A DNA stretch of 64,000 nucleotides from assembly GCA_050246315.1 (NCBI GenBank), contig JBFWWG010000003.1, forward strand, positions 320,001-384,000, written 5' to 3'. This DNA comes from Nitrospiraceae bacterium (GTDB lineage: Bacteria > Nitrospirota > Nitrospiria > Nitrospirales > Nitrospiraceae). Below, piece by piece: positions 52,803 to 64,000 of the stretch (its first letter is position 1; each line of letters opens with the position of its first letter). The position numbers and the translations under genes are program-made. The notes below the pieces were generated by a model. It was not told the DNA's origin and searched no databases. It was given only the letters and a program-made list of their open reading frames with translations.

Positions 52803-54097
52803 CCCGCAGCCCAGACCCTACGCCCGCCGACGATCGTTTCACACACCCGTCCTTTGACCTTCCAACCGGCAAACGGCGTGTTCCGACTTTTTGAATAGGA
52901 CCGACTCACGTCCACATCCCAGACTTCGTTCGGATCCACGATCGTCAAGTCCGCATCCGCCCCTGGCGCCAGGGTGCCCTTTCGCAATCCGAATACGCGT
53001 GCCGGTTCGACGGTCAACTTGGCGATCGCCTGCTCCAGCGACAACACCCCTTCCTCCACCATGGCCATCGTGAGCGGAAACGCCGTCTCCAATCCAATGA
53101 CGCCGAAGGGCGCGTCCACAAATTCAAGCTGCTTCTCGTGGGCCGCATGCGGCGCATGGTCGGTCGCAATGACGTCGATCGTGCCGTCCCGCAAACCGGC
53201 CTTGATCGCCTGCACGTCGTCCCAAGTCCGCAGGGGTGGGTTCATCTTGGCATGGGTGTCGTAGCCGCGCACGGCCTCCTCGGTCAGGGTAAAGTGATGC
53301 GGGCAGGCCTCAGCCGTCACCTTCACACCGCGTTGCTTGGCGTCCCGCACCAGTCGCACCGAACCGACTGTACTCACATGAGGCAGGTGCAGCCGTGCAC
53401 CGGTCAGCTCGGCCAGCATGATATTGCGTGCGACCATCACCTCCTCGGCCGCCGTCGGGATACCCGGCAATCCGAGTTCGGTCGAGACCACACCCTCGTT
53501 CATACAGCCGCCGTCGACGAGCGCCGTATCTTCGCAGTGATCCACGACCGGGCAATCGAACGCCCGCGCATATTCCATGGCCCGCCGCATCACCGCGCTG
53601 TTGGTCACGGGCTTGCCATCGTCCGAGATGGCGACACAACCGGCCGCGCGGAGTTCCCCGATTTCGGCCAGCTCCAGCCCCTCGGAGCCCTTGGTGATGG
53701 CGCCGATCGGAAACACGTTGGCCATGCCCGCAGCGCGCGCCCGATCCAGGATGAATTCCGTGACGGATTGGCTGTCGTTCACCGGTTTCGTGTTCGGCAT
53801 ACAGCAGACCGTCGTGAACCCTCCCGCGACAGCCGCCGTAGCTCCGCTCTGAATGGTTTCCTTGTACTCGTACCCCGGTTCGCGAAAGTGGACATGCAGA
53901 TCGACGAAGCCCGGCACAACCAGCTTGCCGGTGGCTTCCACCACGACCAACTCCTCTGATGAGGCAACCGGCTGTCGGCGGAATTGACCGTCCATGGGGA
54001 GGATGGCGGCGATCACCCCCTTCTCGATCAGCACATCGGCTCTCCCATGGAACCGTCCCGGGTCGAGCACCGTCCCTCCCTTGATCAACAATGCCAT
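52799..54097 (-). CDS. pyrC: Dihydroorotase
   Basis: DLHVHFREPG, MPNT, KMNPPLR, ATDHAPH. Confidence 0.96.
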   Translation of the reverse strand: MALLIKGGTVLDPGRFHGRADVLIEKGVIAAILPMDGQFRRQPVASSEELVVVEATGKLVVPGFVDLHVHFREPGYEYKETIQSGATAAVAGGFTTVCCMPNTKPVNDSQSVTEFILDRARAAGMANVFPIGAITKGSEGLELAEIGELRAAGCVAISDDGKPVTNSAVMRRAMEYARAFDCPVVDHCEDTALVDGGCMNEGVVSTELGLPGIPTAAEEVMVARNIMLAELTGARLHLPHVSTVGSVRLVRDAKQRGVKVTAEACPHHFTLTEEAVRGYDTHAKMNPPLRTWDDVQAIKAGLRDGTIDVIATDHAPHAAHEKQLEFVDAPFGVIGLETAFPLTMAMVEEGVLSLEQAIAKLTVEPARVFGLRKGTLAPGADADLTIVDPNEVWDVDVSRSYSKSRNTPFAGWKVKGRVCETIVGGRRVWAAG

Positions 54098-54151
54098 ACG
54101 GCTCTCGCTCTCCCCTCGCTTCTCATATTGATCCGCGTGATCCGCTCGCCA

Positions 54152-55785
<1,634 letters not shown>

Positions 55786-55792
55786 CTGTTTC

Positions 55793-55821
55793 AACTTACC
55801 GAGTCCGTCCCGCCGTGTCAA
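55793..55821 (-). promoter_or_regulatory. Sigma-70 promoter of the pyr operon
   Basis: TTGACA-17nt-TAAGTT immediately upstream of the PyrR loop. Confidence 0.75.
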
Positions 55822-55916
55822 GGTTGGCGGAGATCACCTCACCGAGGGCATGAGATCGATGGGATACCTTGCTTGATCGTCTGATCGTCGCCTGCGATTC
55901 CTTCCAGAAGTCGGAC

Positions 55917-57698
55917 CTACCCCTGACCCAACAGGTACAGGGTCAGGCCCGCTTTGATCCTCGCCTTGGCTAGGATGGTCTGATGCATGCGGAAGGAAGG
56001 CATTTCCGCCACCTTCCATTGCCCGGCCACACGCAACCCGACCCCCCGAAGCCTGTCCTCCGGCATCAGAGGTCCGAGTAGAAATGCCAGTCCTCTCGGG
56101 GCCACCGCCGCGGCAAATCGAGACAGGGATCGGAAAAGCTCGTCGGGCTGGTCATACTGCACAACGGGCACTGCATCGTAGATTAGGTCATACTGCCTCC
56201 GGTAGGCCCGGTCAAGGTGAGGCTCGGCCGGATAGAGGCGGATGGAAGCGAGTTCCGCCGACCGCCCTTCCCTCGCTCGGAGGGTCCAGAGGGATTGAGC
56301 TTGTCGTTGAATGTGAGCGGGATGGCGGAAGAGCACGAGAGCATTATTTGCTCGCCCCATGGACAGCAGCGAGGTCAGGCCTGCATCCATATTATGGATC
56401 AGGACGGTCTTCGCCCGGTCGATCATCATGCGCAAGGAGGTTTCCTGTTCAAGCAGATCGGTCAGATAATCAACCACAAAGGCCTGGGTGCCCATTTCAT
56501 CGATCTCCCGCTCATCCTCCGGATAGAGCAGCACAGCCCCGAAGGCCTCCACCGGCGAGACCGGCGGTACACCCTCGACAAACAGATCTCGCCAACTCGG
56601 CCCAGCCACAGATTTCAATGGGACCGTGGAATTCTTGATAGCTCCCCAAGAGCTTGGCCAGGCCAGCCTCGTCTCATGAGTTCCATCCTTGAGAATCAGC
56701 TCACCAGTTTCCACCTGTAGCCCACGACCCCCCGGTGCAAAGCCCTTGGCATCCGGCATCATGTAGGAGAGTCCCGACGGATCGTCGGCCAGGGTCGCCT
56801 TGACCACCTCCTTCTCTCGGACTGTCACACAGAGGTGGTGGCTCAGATCGTAGTAGCGACGCAACGGCCTGGCATGGGGCATCCAAGTCACTTCGTGGGA
56901 GCGCGGCGGGTCCATGAACAGCGCAAAGGGATCAGATTCCTGCGTCCCGCGCACGGTAAAGAACCCGCCGAACAACTTATAGGCCGCTTCCGACGGATAA
57001 GTGGGGATCCCGCGATAGCGGAGCAACCGATCGCCGGTCGGGCACTGGTCATCGTACAGCTCGCGGATCAGCTCCAGCACAGCCGAGCCGGTGCCCGGCA
57101 CGAGCGACTGAAACAGCTCGACAACCGGGAGAAAATCAATCCGGTCCCAATGCATGGCCCCCATGCAGGCCATGAAGCGCGCCCCATCGAACCGGCCCTC
57201 CTCAAGCAGATAGAAGGCATCCTTCCGATGACGAATTGTGGCGAGGCCCCGGGTATCGATGCGCAGGTCGTCGTCCGTATAAAAGAACTGGATTTCGCTC
57301 AATGGCACACGCAAGGCCTGAGCGGCCATTTGCCGGAGAGCATCGGGGTGAATGCGTTGCCAGCCCGGCTTGCGGGACAGATCCAACGTGGTGCTGGTGA
57401 CCAGGCCGCTCGGAAGGAGTCCCACCCACTGGCCGCAATCGAGCCAGACACGCGCCCTCTGCAACCGTATCGTACCGTCCTCAGCAGGTTCCCAGTCGCA
57501 TTCGTGCAAGGGTTGGCCGTCCGGATCGGCATAAAGTACCCGCCGGCCATGCCTTCCGTAGAACACGAGATGACCGGAGGGTTGTTGCACCGCCCGCCCG
57601 CCGGCCTGTTCAAGATTGACGGCGTAGGAAAGGTTGGAAGAGAAAACGAACGTGCCGGACCGGCCGAGAAGAGTCTGTATGTGGGCGTCGTGGACCAT
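55917..57698 (-). CDS. Hypothetical 593-aa protein, possible degenerate SAM-methyltransferase-like C-terminus
   Basis: Long ORF whose ATG abuts the proA stop; no clear family recognised. Confidence 0.8.
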   Translation of the reverse strand: MVHDAHIQTLLGRSGTFVFSSNLSYAVNLEQAGGRAVQQPSGHLVFYGRHGRRVLYADPDGQPLHECDWEPAEDGTIRLQRARVWLDCGQWVGLLPSGLVTSTTLDLSRKPGWQRIHPDALRQMAAQALRVPLSEIQFFYTDDDLRIDTRGLATIRHRKDAFYLLEEGRFDGARFMACMGAMHWDRIDFLPVVELFQSLVPGTGSAVLELIRELYDDQCPTGDRLLRYRGIPTYPSEAAYKLFGGFFTVRGTQESDPFALFMDPPRSHEVTWMPHARPLRRYYDLSHHLCVTVREKEVVKATLADDPSGLSYMMPDAKGFAPGGRGLQVETGELILKDGTHETRLAWPSSWGAIKNSTVPLKSVAGPSWRDLFVEGVPPVSPVEAFGAVLLYPEDEREIDEMGTQAFVVDYLTDLLEQETSLRMMIDRAKTVLIHNMDAGLTSLLSMGRANNALVLFRHPAHIQRQAQSLWTLRAREGRSAELASIRLYPAEPHLDRAYRRQYDLIYDAVPVVQYDQPDELFRSLSRFAAAVAPRGLAFLLGPLMPEDRLRGVGLRVAGQWKVAEMPSFRMHQTILAKARIKAGLTLYLLGQG

Positions 57699-59057
57699 CT
57701 ATTCGCGAATCTGCCCGCTTCCCATCACGATGAATTTGGAACAGGTGAGTGCTTCCAGCCCCATGGGACCGCGCGCGTGGATCCGAGACGTGCTGATGCC
57801 GATCTCCGCCCCCAGCCCGAATTGATAGCCGTCATTCAACCTGGTCGAGGCGTTCACCAATACGGCGCTCGCATCGACTTCGCGCAGAAACCGCATGGCC
57901 CGTGGATAGTCGTTCGTGACGATCGCCTCCGTATGGTGTGATCCGAATTGTGCGATATGGTCCAGGGCTTCGTCCAGGTGCTTGACGATCCGGACGGCCA
58001 GGATACGCGACAGAAACTCCTTGCCGAAATCATCCTCGGCAGCGGGCTTGACATCCGGACACACTTGCAACGTCTTGGGACAGCCGCGCACCTCCACTCC
58101 GGCCTCGTACAACTTGTTGATGAGGGCCGGCAAGAATGTGCGAGCGACCGTCTGGTTCACGAGCAACCCCTCCATGGCGTTGCAGGTCGAGGGCCGTTGC
58201 ACCTTCGCGTTCAGACAGATGGCCTCGGCCATCGCCAGATCGGCATCCTGGTCCACATAGGTATGACACACGCCTTCGTCATGCTTGAGAACCGGGATGG
58301 TGGCATGTTCGGCCACCGTCTTCATCAGGGACGGCCCGCCGCGCGGAATAATGAGATCCACGTCGCGATCCTGCTTGAGCAATTCCTCCACCACTTTCCG
58401 ATCCGGTCGATCGACGAAGGAGATCGCCCCGTGCGGGAGGCCCTGCGTATCGCCGGTTTCCGACAGAATCTTCGCCAGCATCCGATTGGTATGGATCGCA
58501 TCCGAGCCGCCGCGCAGCACACACGCATTCCCGGATTTCAGGCACAGGACGGCCGAGTCGACCGTGACATTGGGGCGCGATTCATAGATGATGCCGATGA
58601 CCCCGATCGGAACCCGGACCTGCCCGACCTGCATGCCGTTGGGACGAGTCCACATCTTCGGCATCGATCCCAGCGGATCTGGCAAGGTCGCCACCTCCCG
58701 GACGCCGCGAGCCATGTCGATGATCCGCTCCGAGGTCAGTTTCAACCGGTCGGCCGAAGCCTGCTTGTCCGGGTCAGCCCCGTACGCCGCCAGATCCTTC
58801 TCGTTTTCTGACAAAATTTCTTCGACCTTGGTTTCGAGCGCCTCCGCCATGGCCAAGAGAGCCTGGTTCTTCACCTGCGTGGACAGCGAGATCAGCTTCA
58901 ATGAAGCCGAGCGAGCGCAGGTGACCAGCGCGCGCACGTATTCGGGAATCGACAGTTCCGGTTTCGCCTCCTGTTGAGAGGCCTCGACGCTGACCGTCGA
59001 AGCCTGTGAGGTGATCCGTTCCGAGTCTGTTTCCTGTTGTTCGTCCTGATCCGGCAT
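57699..59057 (-). CDS. proA: Gamma-glutamyl phosphate reductase
   Basis: RBS GAGAGGAG; GVIGIIYESRPNV, IPRGG, CNAME, GAEIGIST..HARGPMGL. Confidence 0.96.
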   Translation of the reverse strand: MPDQDEQQETDSERITSQASTVSVEASQQEAKPELSIPEYVRALVTCARSASLKLISLSTQVKNQALLAMAEALETKVEEILSENEKDLAAYGADPDKQASADRLKLTSERIIDMARGVREVATLPDPLGSMPKMWTRPNGMQVGQVRVPIGVIGIIYESRPNVTVDSAVLCLKSGNACVLRGGSDAIHTNRMLAKILSETGDTQGLPHGAISFVDRPDRKVVEELLKQDRDVDLIIPRGGPSLMKTVAEHATIPVLKHDEGVCHTYVDQDADLAMAEAICLNAKVQRPSTCNAMEGLLVNQTVARTFLPALINKLYEAGVEVRGCPKTLQVCPDVKPAAEDDFGKEFLSRILAVRIVKHLDEALDHIAQFGSHHTEAIVTNDYPRAMRFLREVDASAVLVNASTRLNDGYQFGLGAEIGISTSRIHARGPMGLEALTCSKFIVMGSGQIRE

Positions 59058-59225
59058 GTGTGTCAGGGCTCCTCTCATACCGCGCACCATTCCTGTCATG
59101 CCATGAAGGACAGCAGAATACCGTGGCATTTGAAAAAGCGTCAAGAGCGACAGGCGCGATACACGGGAGGAGGTCGGTGCATCGGCGGGGACCAGACAGC
59201 AGCCTTCGGCCAACAGATGATGAGG

Positions 59226-59972
59226 CTAATTGGCAGGAACAGCGGCAGCGGTCCCCGCCGGCGAGGCTAGGGGTGCATCGGTCGATTGATCTCCCGGTTG
59301 AGGCTGGCCAGGTTCCTCGTTCGGTTGGTCGATGGAATCGGAGGAAAATCCGCCCAACGCGCCAGCGCCCGCCTGACCTGTGGTGAACGGACTGGTTCCG
59401 GGCGCAACAGCGCCCGCCGGTGGTCCCGACTGCGGGCCGGTCACCGGCGGCATCGAGCCGGTCGGGATCATGCCCATCGGGTTCAGCACATTCACGCTGG
59501 ACTGGTTGGGATGTTGGAAGACCCAATCTCGATACCGCTTCAGCCCATCGAAGTGCCGGACGGCCGGCGGGAACTCATGCTGCTTCAGCGGCTTTCTTAT
59601 GCTTCGGCTCCGCACCCCCATGATACCGCCGGTCGGCGACCGAATCAGGTCCCAGGTTCTTGTTGTGACCGGGTCGCGATAGACCTTTCGAAGAAACGGC
59701 CGGGGCGGCCTGGTCAGATCCTCCAGCGAGGCCGGATAGATCTCGCCGGGCATCACTCGCCCGCCCTTCCTCGATGCGGAATACGCGGCGAGCGCCTGCT
59801 GAATTTCAATCCCGCGCGCCAGCAGATCCTCCTCCTGCCCGCGCCGGATCACGGTTTTCCAGGGCTCGGCAGCGGTGACCATCGCCACACCGATCACCAC
59901 GATCGAGAACATCAGCGTGAGGTAGGTGAACCCCTGCTGCGAGGAGATACGCGATGTCCCGACTCGGGCCAC
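59226..59972 (-). CDS. Type II secretion pseudopilin-like protein
   Basis: Prepilin cleavage motif QQG/FTYL, hydrophobic helix, YPASLEDL..FLRKVYRDP. Confidence 0.8.
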   Translation of the reverse strand: MARVGTSRISSQQGFTYLTLMFSIVVIGVAMVTAAEPWKTVIRRGQEEDLLARGIEIQQALAAYSASRKGGRVMPGEIYPASLEDLTRPPRPFLRKVYRDPVTTRTWDLIRSPTGGIMGVRSRSIRKPLKQHEFPPAVRHFDGLKRYRDWVFQHPNQSSVNVLNPMGMIPTGSMPPVTGPQSGPPAGAVAPGTSPFTTGQAGAGALGGFSSDSIDQPNEEPGQPQPGDQSTDAPLASPAGTAAAVPAN

Positions 59973-59976
59973 TGGT

Positions 59977-60579
59977 TCACTCCGTCGGAATCACATCCAC
60001 CAGAGGGAGGGTTCGTTCAATCTGGGCGGGCACCTCCAGCAGCGTGACATGATCCGGCTCAATCGCCTTCACGATGAGATGGTCGTCGAGCCGACCGCCG
60101 GATGTCGCGACGTGCAGGTCGTCTTCGAGGGCCAGCACGGCCAGGAACTGGTTGGGGCGGTCGGTCCCCATGACGACATAGCCGAGATAGCGCCACGCAG
60201 AGCCGCCTGGAGAGGAATGTTGCGTCGGATCCGGTCGTGGGACAATTTCAGCCGCATCGGACGGCGTCTGGCCGGCCGTCATCGAAGGCGCCGTGACGCC
60301 CCCTCCGGTGAGCGGAGAGGCAAAGATATTTTTCGGTGGCGCGAAGCCTTCCTCACGTTGGCTGCGCGTCGCCTCGAATTGAGCCAGGTTGACGCGGAGC
60401 CCGCGTTGCGCCGAGGAGTCTCGCTCGCCGCTCCTGCCCATCGGATCTGCCGCAGGCCCGGAGACGTTGACCAGCGGCGCGCGTTGCGGCTCATCGGAAA
60501 GACCGAAGACTCCCCAGGCGACGAGCACCCAGAGGCTCAGCAGGGCGCCCAGCATACGAATGCGCGTTCGTTCGTTCAT
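59977..60579 (-). CDS. Single-TM T2SS/T4P accessory protein (PilP/GspC-like)
   Basis: N-terminal TM, KNIF motif, WRYLG, beta-rich C-terminus; operon position. Confidence 0.55.
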   Translation of the reverse strand: MNERTRIRMLGALLSLWVLVAWGVFGLSDEPQRAPLVNVSGPAADPMGRSGERDSSAQRGLRVNLAQFEATRSQREEGFAPPKNIFASPLTGGGVTAPSMTAGQTPSDAAEIVPRPDPTQHSSPGGSAWRYLGYVVMGTDRPNQFLAVLALEDDLHVATSGGRLDDHLIVKAIEPDHVTLLEVPAQIERTLPLVDVIPTE

Positions 60580-61163
60580 GATGGAGATCGGGCGAGATCT
60601 CGGTCCTGCCCTCGGTCCGTCCGCAAGAAGGTGACGATCCGCATATTGAAGGTCACGGCAGGCTCTTGAGCCCGTGCCCCCGCGACCTGAAGATCTTCAA
60701 TCAGCAACAACTCCTGCGCCGTCTCCAGGTTGTAGATGAACCGCCGCAGATCTTCGTATCGTCCACTGACGGCCCCCTGCAGCACCGCCTTCCGGACCAG
60801 CACGATGTCGGTTTTCTCCACTTGATAGGACAGGCCTGGTACTCGAACTCGTTGGACACGAGCCTGTTCGGTCAGTCCGAGCGCCAAGGGGGCAAAGTCT
60901 CGCTGCTCTGGCAGCCGCCCCAGCACCCGCGCCATGTCCTTGCGCGCCTGCTTGGCATCGACGTGCCGGCTGAGCTGTTGCCGCGCCGCTATTCGCTCTT
61001 GCTCCAGGACCGACCGTTCCTCCCGCAGCCGATCCAGGAGCACCAGATGGAGTCCGGTCCAGATGGCGAGCAGCAGGCCTACCAATCCCACCCAAGGCAC
61101 CAGCAACGCATGAGGGTGATAGAACAACCTGGTTCGGAGGTCAGGTGGCGCGGCGTTTCGCAT
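60576..61163 (-). CDS. PilO/GspM-like protein
   Basis: TM, coiled coil, VSGRYEDLRRFIYNLE. Confidence 0.8.
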   Translation of the reverse strand: MRNAAPPDLRTRLFYHPHALLVPWVGLVGLLLAIWTGLHLVLLDRLREERSVLEQERIAARQQLSRHVDAKQARKDMARVLGRLPEQRDFAPLALGLTEQARVQRVRVPGLSYQVEKTDIVLVRKAVLQGAVSGRYEDLRRFIYNLETAQELLLIEDLQVAGARAQEPAVTFNMRIVTFLRTDRGQDRDLARSPS

Positions 61164-61752
61164 GGCCTCGGTACTGAATCTGGACGTGAAACTCTACCAA
61201 TCCATCCTCCCGAATCTGGTGCTGGATCAGCACCGGATCGCGAAAGGTAGGGTGGTCCTGCAGGGCGGTCAGAAAACTCGTGGCATCTTCGAAGGTCACG
61301 GCGGACCCGGAGAGCCGGATCGCGGCGCTGGCCGGATCGAGCCGAATGGACGAAATCCCGACTCTCGACGGCACGGTCTTTTCCAACTCGCTCAGGAAAG
61401 CGGTCCAGGAAAACTCGCGCTGCTCGACCAGGCTGTTGATGAAGGCCACTTCGGCGGGAAGTCGTTGGAGGGCCGAGTCGGTCAGGTCGATGCCTTCACG
61501 CTGGGCCGCCTCTGACAATTGCCGATCCTGCTCCTGCAATCGGACGACCGACGCCCGCAGATCGAGCAGATCCCCGTAGAGATGATAGCCGTCCACCAGG
61601 TCCCAGGCGATGAAGCCCGCCAACGCACAAGCGGCACCGATCAAGCTCCAGCGGACCGGGGGGACTGCCGGATGCATATAGGAACTCAGGTTGATTCGAA
61701 ACAAGAGCGGCTGGGCCGTGAATTCCAGGATAGCATTCCGGAGCCCGGTCAT
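61141..61752 (-). CDS. PilN-like protein; start approximate
   Basis: INLS, TM, coiled coil, FSWTAFLSELEKTVP..V.I.SI, IRLSGSA. Confidence 0.8.
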   Translation of the reverse strand: MTGLRNAILEFTAQPLLFRINLSSYMHPAVPPVRWSLIGAACALAGFIAWDLVDGYHLYGDLLDLRASVVRLQEQDRQLSEAAQREGIDLTDSALQRLPAEVAFINSLVEQREFSWTAFLSELEKTVPSRVGISSIRLDPASAAIRLSGSAVTFEDATSFLTALQDHPTFRDPVLIQHQIREDGLVEFHVQIQYRGHAKRRAT

Positions 61753-61790
61753 GGTTGAGATCCTCCGTCGCAGCATGCCGGACATCCTGT

Positions 61791-62873
61791 TCAACAGACG
61801 CTCGCAATCGCGGCCATGGCCCCTGTCGGCAAGGCTTTCCGTTTTATCCGCCATCGTCGCGGCTCACAGAGCGTCCAATCAAAGAGAACGACTTCAACGG
61901 ATAGCCGCTCCTCGAGGTGTCCCTGGAATGTTTCAGGGAGTTCATCCGCCACGACGACGAGCCGTGACGGCTGGCCTGGCACTCCCTGTTCGTCATAGAG
62001 ACGCAACGAGGCCTCGCATTCGCCGGCGATCCATTCGAGCTGGTCGGCATCAGCGAGGCGATTGGGACCGCCGGCCTGTGCCGGGCCCAACACCTTGGAC
62101 CTGGTGAAAGTCGGCTGCCCCCGGTGAAAGGCCATGAGCGTGAAGGTGCGGTCCAGAAGGCTCAGCCACAGGAAATCAGGAACATCACGCGCTGGTTTCG
62201 CCTGTTGTTCCGAGGCCAGCCAGATATTGCAGAGTTGAAGACTCGTCGTGGTGATATCGATCGGCACCAGCCCGACGGCCTGACAGAGAGCTTCATACTG
62301 GTGGCGCACGACGTCTTGGATCGCAACAGCCAAGACGGTTGCGCCCTGTCCCTGGGACTTGGGATCGAGGGACGGCAACAGTTGATGACAAACCTTGGCG
62401 CCGCTGAGGGGGAAGAGATGCTCTTGGCCGAATCGCCATCGAATCAGCGCGTCGCGCTCGCTTGACTTCGTCGGGAGGCGGTCGAGCCGGAACACGGCAG
62501 TTCGAACGCAGAGGTCCGGCAGCAGCAACGTGACGGGACGCGGGACCCGTGAGAAGCGGTCCCCGCCGAGGACCTTCATCGGTCTCGGCGGGGCCATCAG
62601 CTCTCGCAGTGCGGTTTCCACGGCCGCCTCGTCGACCAGATTCGGGTCCATCGGTGAGAGGCGGATCTGCCCGGGGGCCAAAGGACGCACGGAGCATCGA
62701 CTGGGAATCCGGCGTCCCCATCGGCTTCGCGCATGGACCCAGACCAGTTCGTCGGCGCCAATCTTCAGACAACGCTGCGGCCGCGCCACCCACCACATAC
62801 CGGCTCCTACGTAAAGCGACTGGAAATTACGAACGACACCGTTCGCCCTTCGCCTGGGCCTCGACGCCAACAC
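61791..62873 (-). CDS. PilM/GspL-like cytoplasmic assembly protein; start uncertain
   Basis: VTLLLPD.CVR, LIRWR, YEAL..AVGL.P; lies between the ATPase and PilN. Confidence 0.65.
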   Translation of the reverse strand: MLASRPRRRANGVVRNFQSLYVGAGMWWVARPQRCLKIGADELVWVHARSRWGRRIPSRCSVRPLAPGQIRLSPMDPNLVDEAAVETALRELMAPPRPMKVLGGDRFSRVPRPVTLLLPDLCVRTAVFRLDRLPTKSSERDALIRWRFGQEHLFPLSGAKVCHQLLPSLDPKSQGQGATVLAVAIQDVVRHQYEALCQAVGLVPIDITTTSLQLCNIWLASEQQAKPARDVPDFLWLSLLDRTFTLMAFHRGQPTFTRSKVLGPAQAGGPNRLADADQLEWIAGECEASLRLYDEQGVPGQPSRLVVVADELPETFQGHLEERLSVEVVLFDWTLCEPRRWRIKRKALPTGAMAAIASVC

Positions 62874-62877
62874 CCTG

Positions 62878-63999
62878 CTACGACCGTTCAGAAAACGTCA
62901 CCCGATTGATCTCCTTTAGAGTGGTCTCGCCCCTCAGGACTTTGATCAGTGCCGATTGACGCAGGGTGGTCATGCCGTCGGTCATGGCCCGGTAGCGTAT
63001 CTCCGAGACCGGGCGTCGCGCGAGCAGCATCTCCTTGATCTCATCCGTCAGGTTCAGCAGTTCGGTTAGACACTTACGCCCTCGGTAGCCAGTTCCATGA
63101 CACTCCCGACACCCGTGTCCTTGAAAGAGAATCGCATCCCGATATCGATCGAAATCCAACCCCGACTCCTCGGCGAGGTCATGGTCCAGCTTGACCGGCT
63201 CTCGGCAGGTCGGGCAGATGGTCCGCACGAGCCGCTGTGCCAGCACGCAATTCAATGCGGAGATGAAGTTATACGGGTCGATGCTCATGCTCACAAACCG
63301 TCCCATCACATCGAAGACATGATTTGCGTGAACGGTTGTGAAGACCAAATGGCCGGTCAAGGCGGATTGGATGGCGATCTGGGCCGTATCGGCGTCGCGG
63401 ATCTCGCCGACCATGATCTTGTCCGGATCATGCCGTAGGATCGACCGCAGACCGCGGGCAAACGTCAGGCCTTTCTTTTCATTGACCGGAATCTGCACCA
63501 CCCCCGGCAATTGATATTCTACCGGATCTTCGATCGTGATCAGTTTGTCTTCCTGCGTATGCATCTCCGCGATCGCGGCATACAGGGTCGTCGTCTTGCC
63601 GCTTCCCGTCGGGCCGGTCACGAGCACCATGCCATGAGGCGCCAGAATCGCGCGCCGGAATCGCTTGAGATCTTCGGGGTTGAACCCAAGTCGGTCCAGT
63701 TTCAGCGAGGCGAGCCCGGCTGTGATGGAGTCGCGGTCCAGGATGCGGATGACGACCGATTCGCCAAACACGCTTGGCAAGATCGACACGCGGAAATCCA
63801 CCGTGCGCCGGTCGATGCGCATGCGGAACCGTCCGTCCTGTGGCACGCGGCGCTCCGCAATGTCGAGATCGGACATGACCTTGAGTCGGGAAACCAGCGG
63901 GGCATGGAGCTTGAGATCCAGTTGATCCATCGCCGGGAGCAGAATCCCGTCGATTCGAAACTTCACCAAGGTCGCCTGGTCCGTGGCCTCGATATGGAT
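62878..63999 (-). CDS. GspE/PilB-family secretion ATPase (5' part outside the window)
   Basis: IHIE, PQDGRF, GPTGSGKTTT, TIEDPVE, LRHDPDKIMVGEIRD, CxxC..CxxC. Confidence 0.95.
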   Translation of the reverse strand: MHIEATDQATLVKFRIDGILLPAMDQLDLKLHAPLVSRLKVMSDLDIAERRVPQDGRFRMRIDRRTVDFRVSILPSVFGESVVIRILDRDSITAGLASLKLDRLGFNPEDLKRFRRAILAPHGMVLVTGPTGSGKTTTLYAAIAEMHTQEDKLITIEDPVEYQLPGVVQIPVNEKKGLTFARGLRSILRHDPDKIMVGEIRDADTAQIAIQSALTGHLVFTTVHANHVFDVMGRFVSMSIDPYNFISALNCVLAQRLVRTICPTCREPVKLDHDLAEESGLDFDRYRDAILFQGHGCRECHGTGYRGRKCLTELLNLTDEIKEMLLARRPVSEIRYRAMTDGMTTLRQSALIKVLRGETTLKEINRVTFSERS

Positions 64000-64000
64000 G

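Overview
GC-rich bacterial chromosome segment, most likely Nitrospira/Nitrospirota (inferred from gene content, gene order and intergenic repeat families; not verified by search). Most of the window is core housekeeping: accA, dnaE, purH-purD-tsaC, aminotransferase-coaD-rsmD, radC with a divergent EF-G paralog, degP, the lepA-lepB-rfaE1-kdsB-pyrG-kdsA-kdsD-pgsA-plsY envelope operon, bioA, a PyrR-attenuated pyrR-pyrB-pyrC-carA-sppA...carB-greA run, proA, and the end of a T2SS/T4P-like cluster. The accessory parts are 1.7-3.05 kb (a decaying IS3 inserted into a short repeat), 12.4-18.8 kb (palindromic repeat mosaic, VapC remnant, DUF4403-like and triple-BON proteins, an IS110 remnant ending on a CT dinucleotide inside a REP-like repeat, a candidate sigma-54 promoter with a long structured leader) and a 217-bp inverted-repeat-bounded element at 49.9 kb. 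I see no CRISPR array, rRNA or tRNA, and no complete, clearly novel multi-gene defence system. The best leads are (i) the IS110/REP-like repeat targeting signature, (ii) an operon encoding an FAD/Fe-S dehydrogenase with atypical CCG domains, a tiny diheme cytochrome c and a ubiquitin-like protein lacking GG, and (iii) the non-coding elements.
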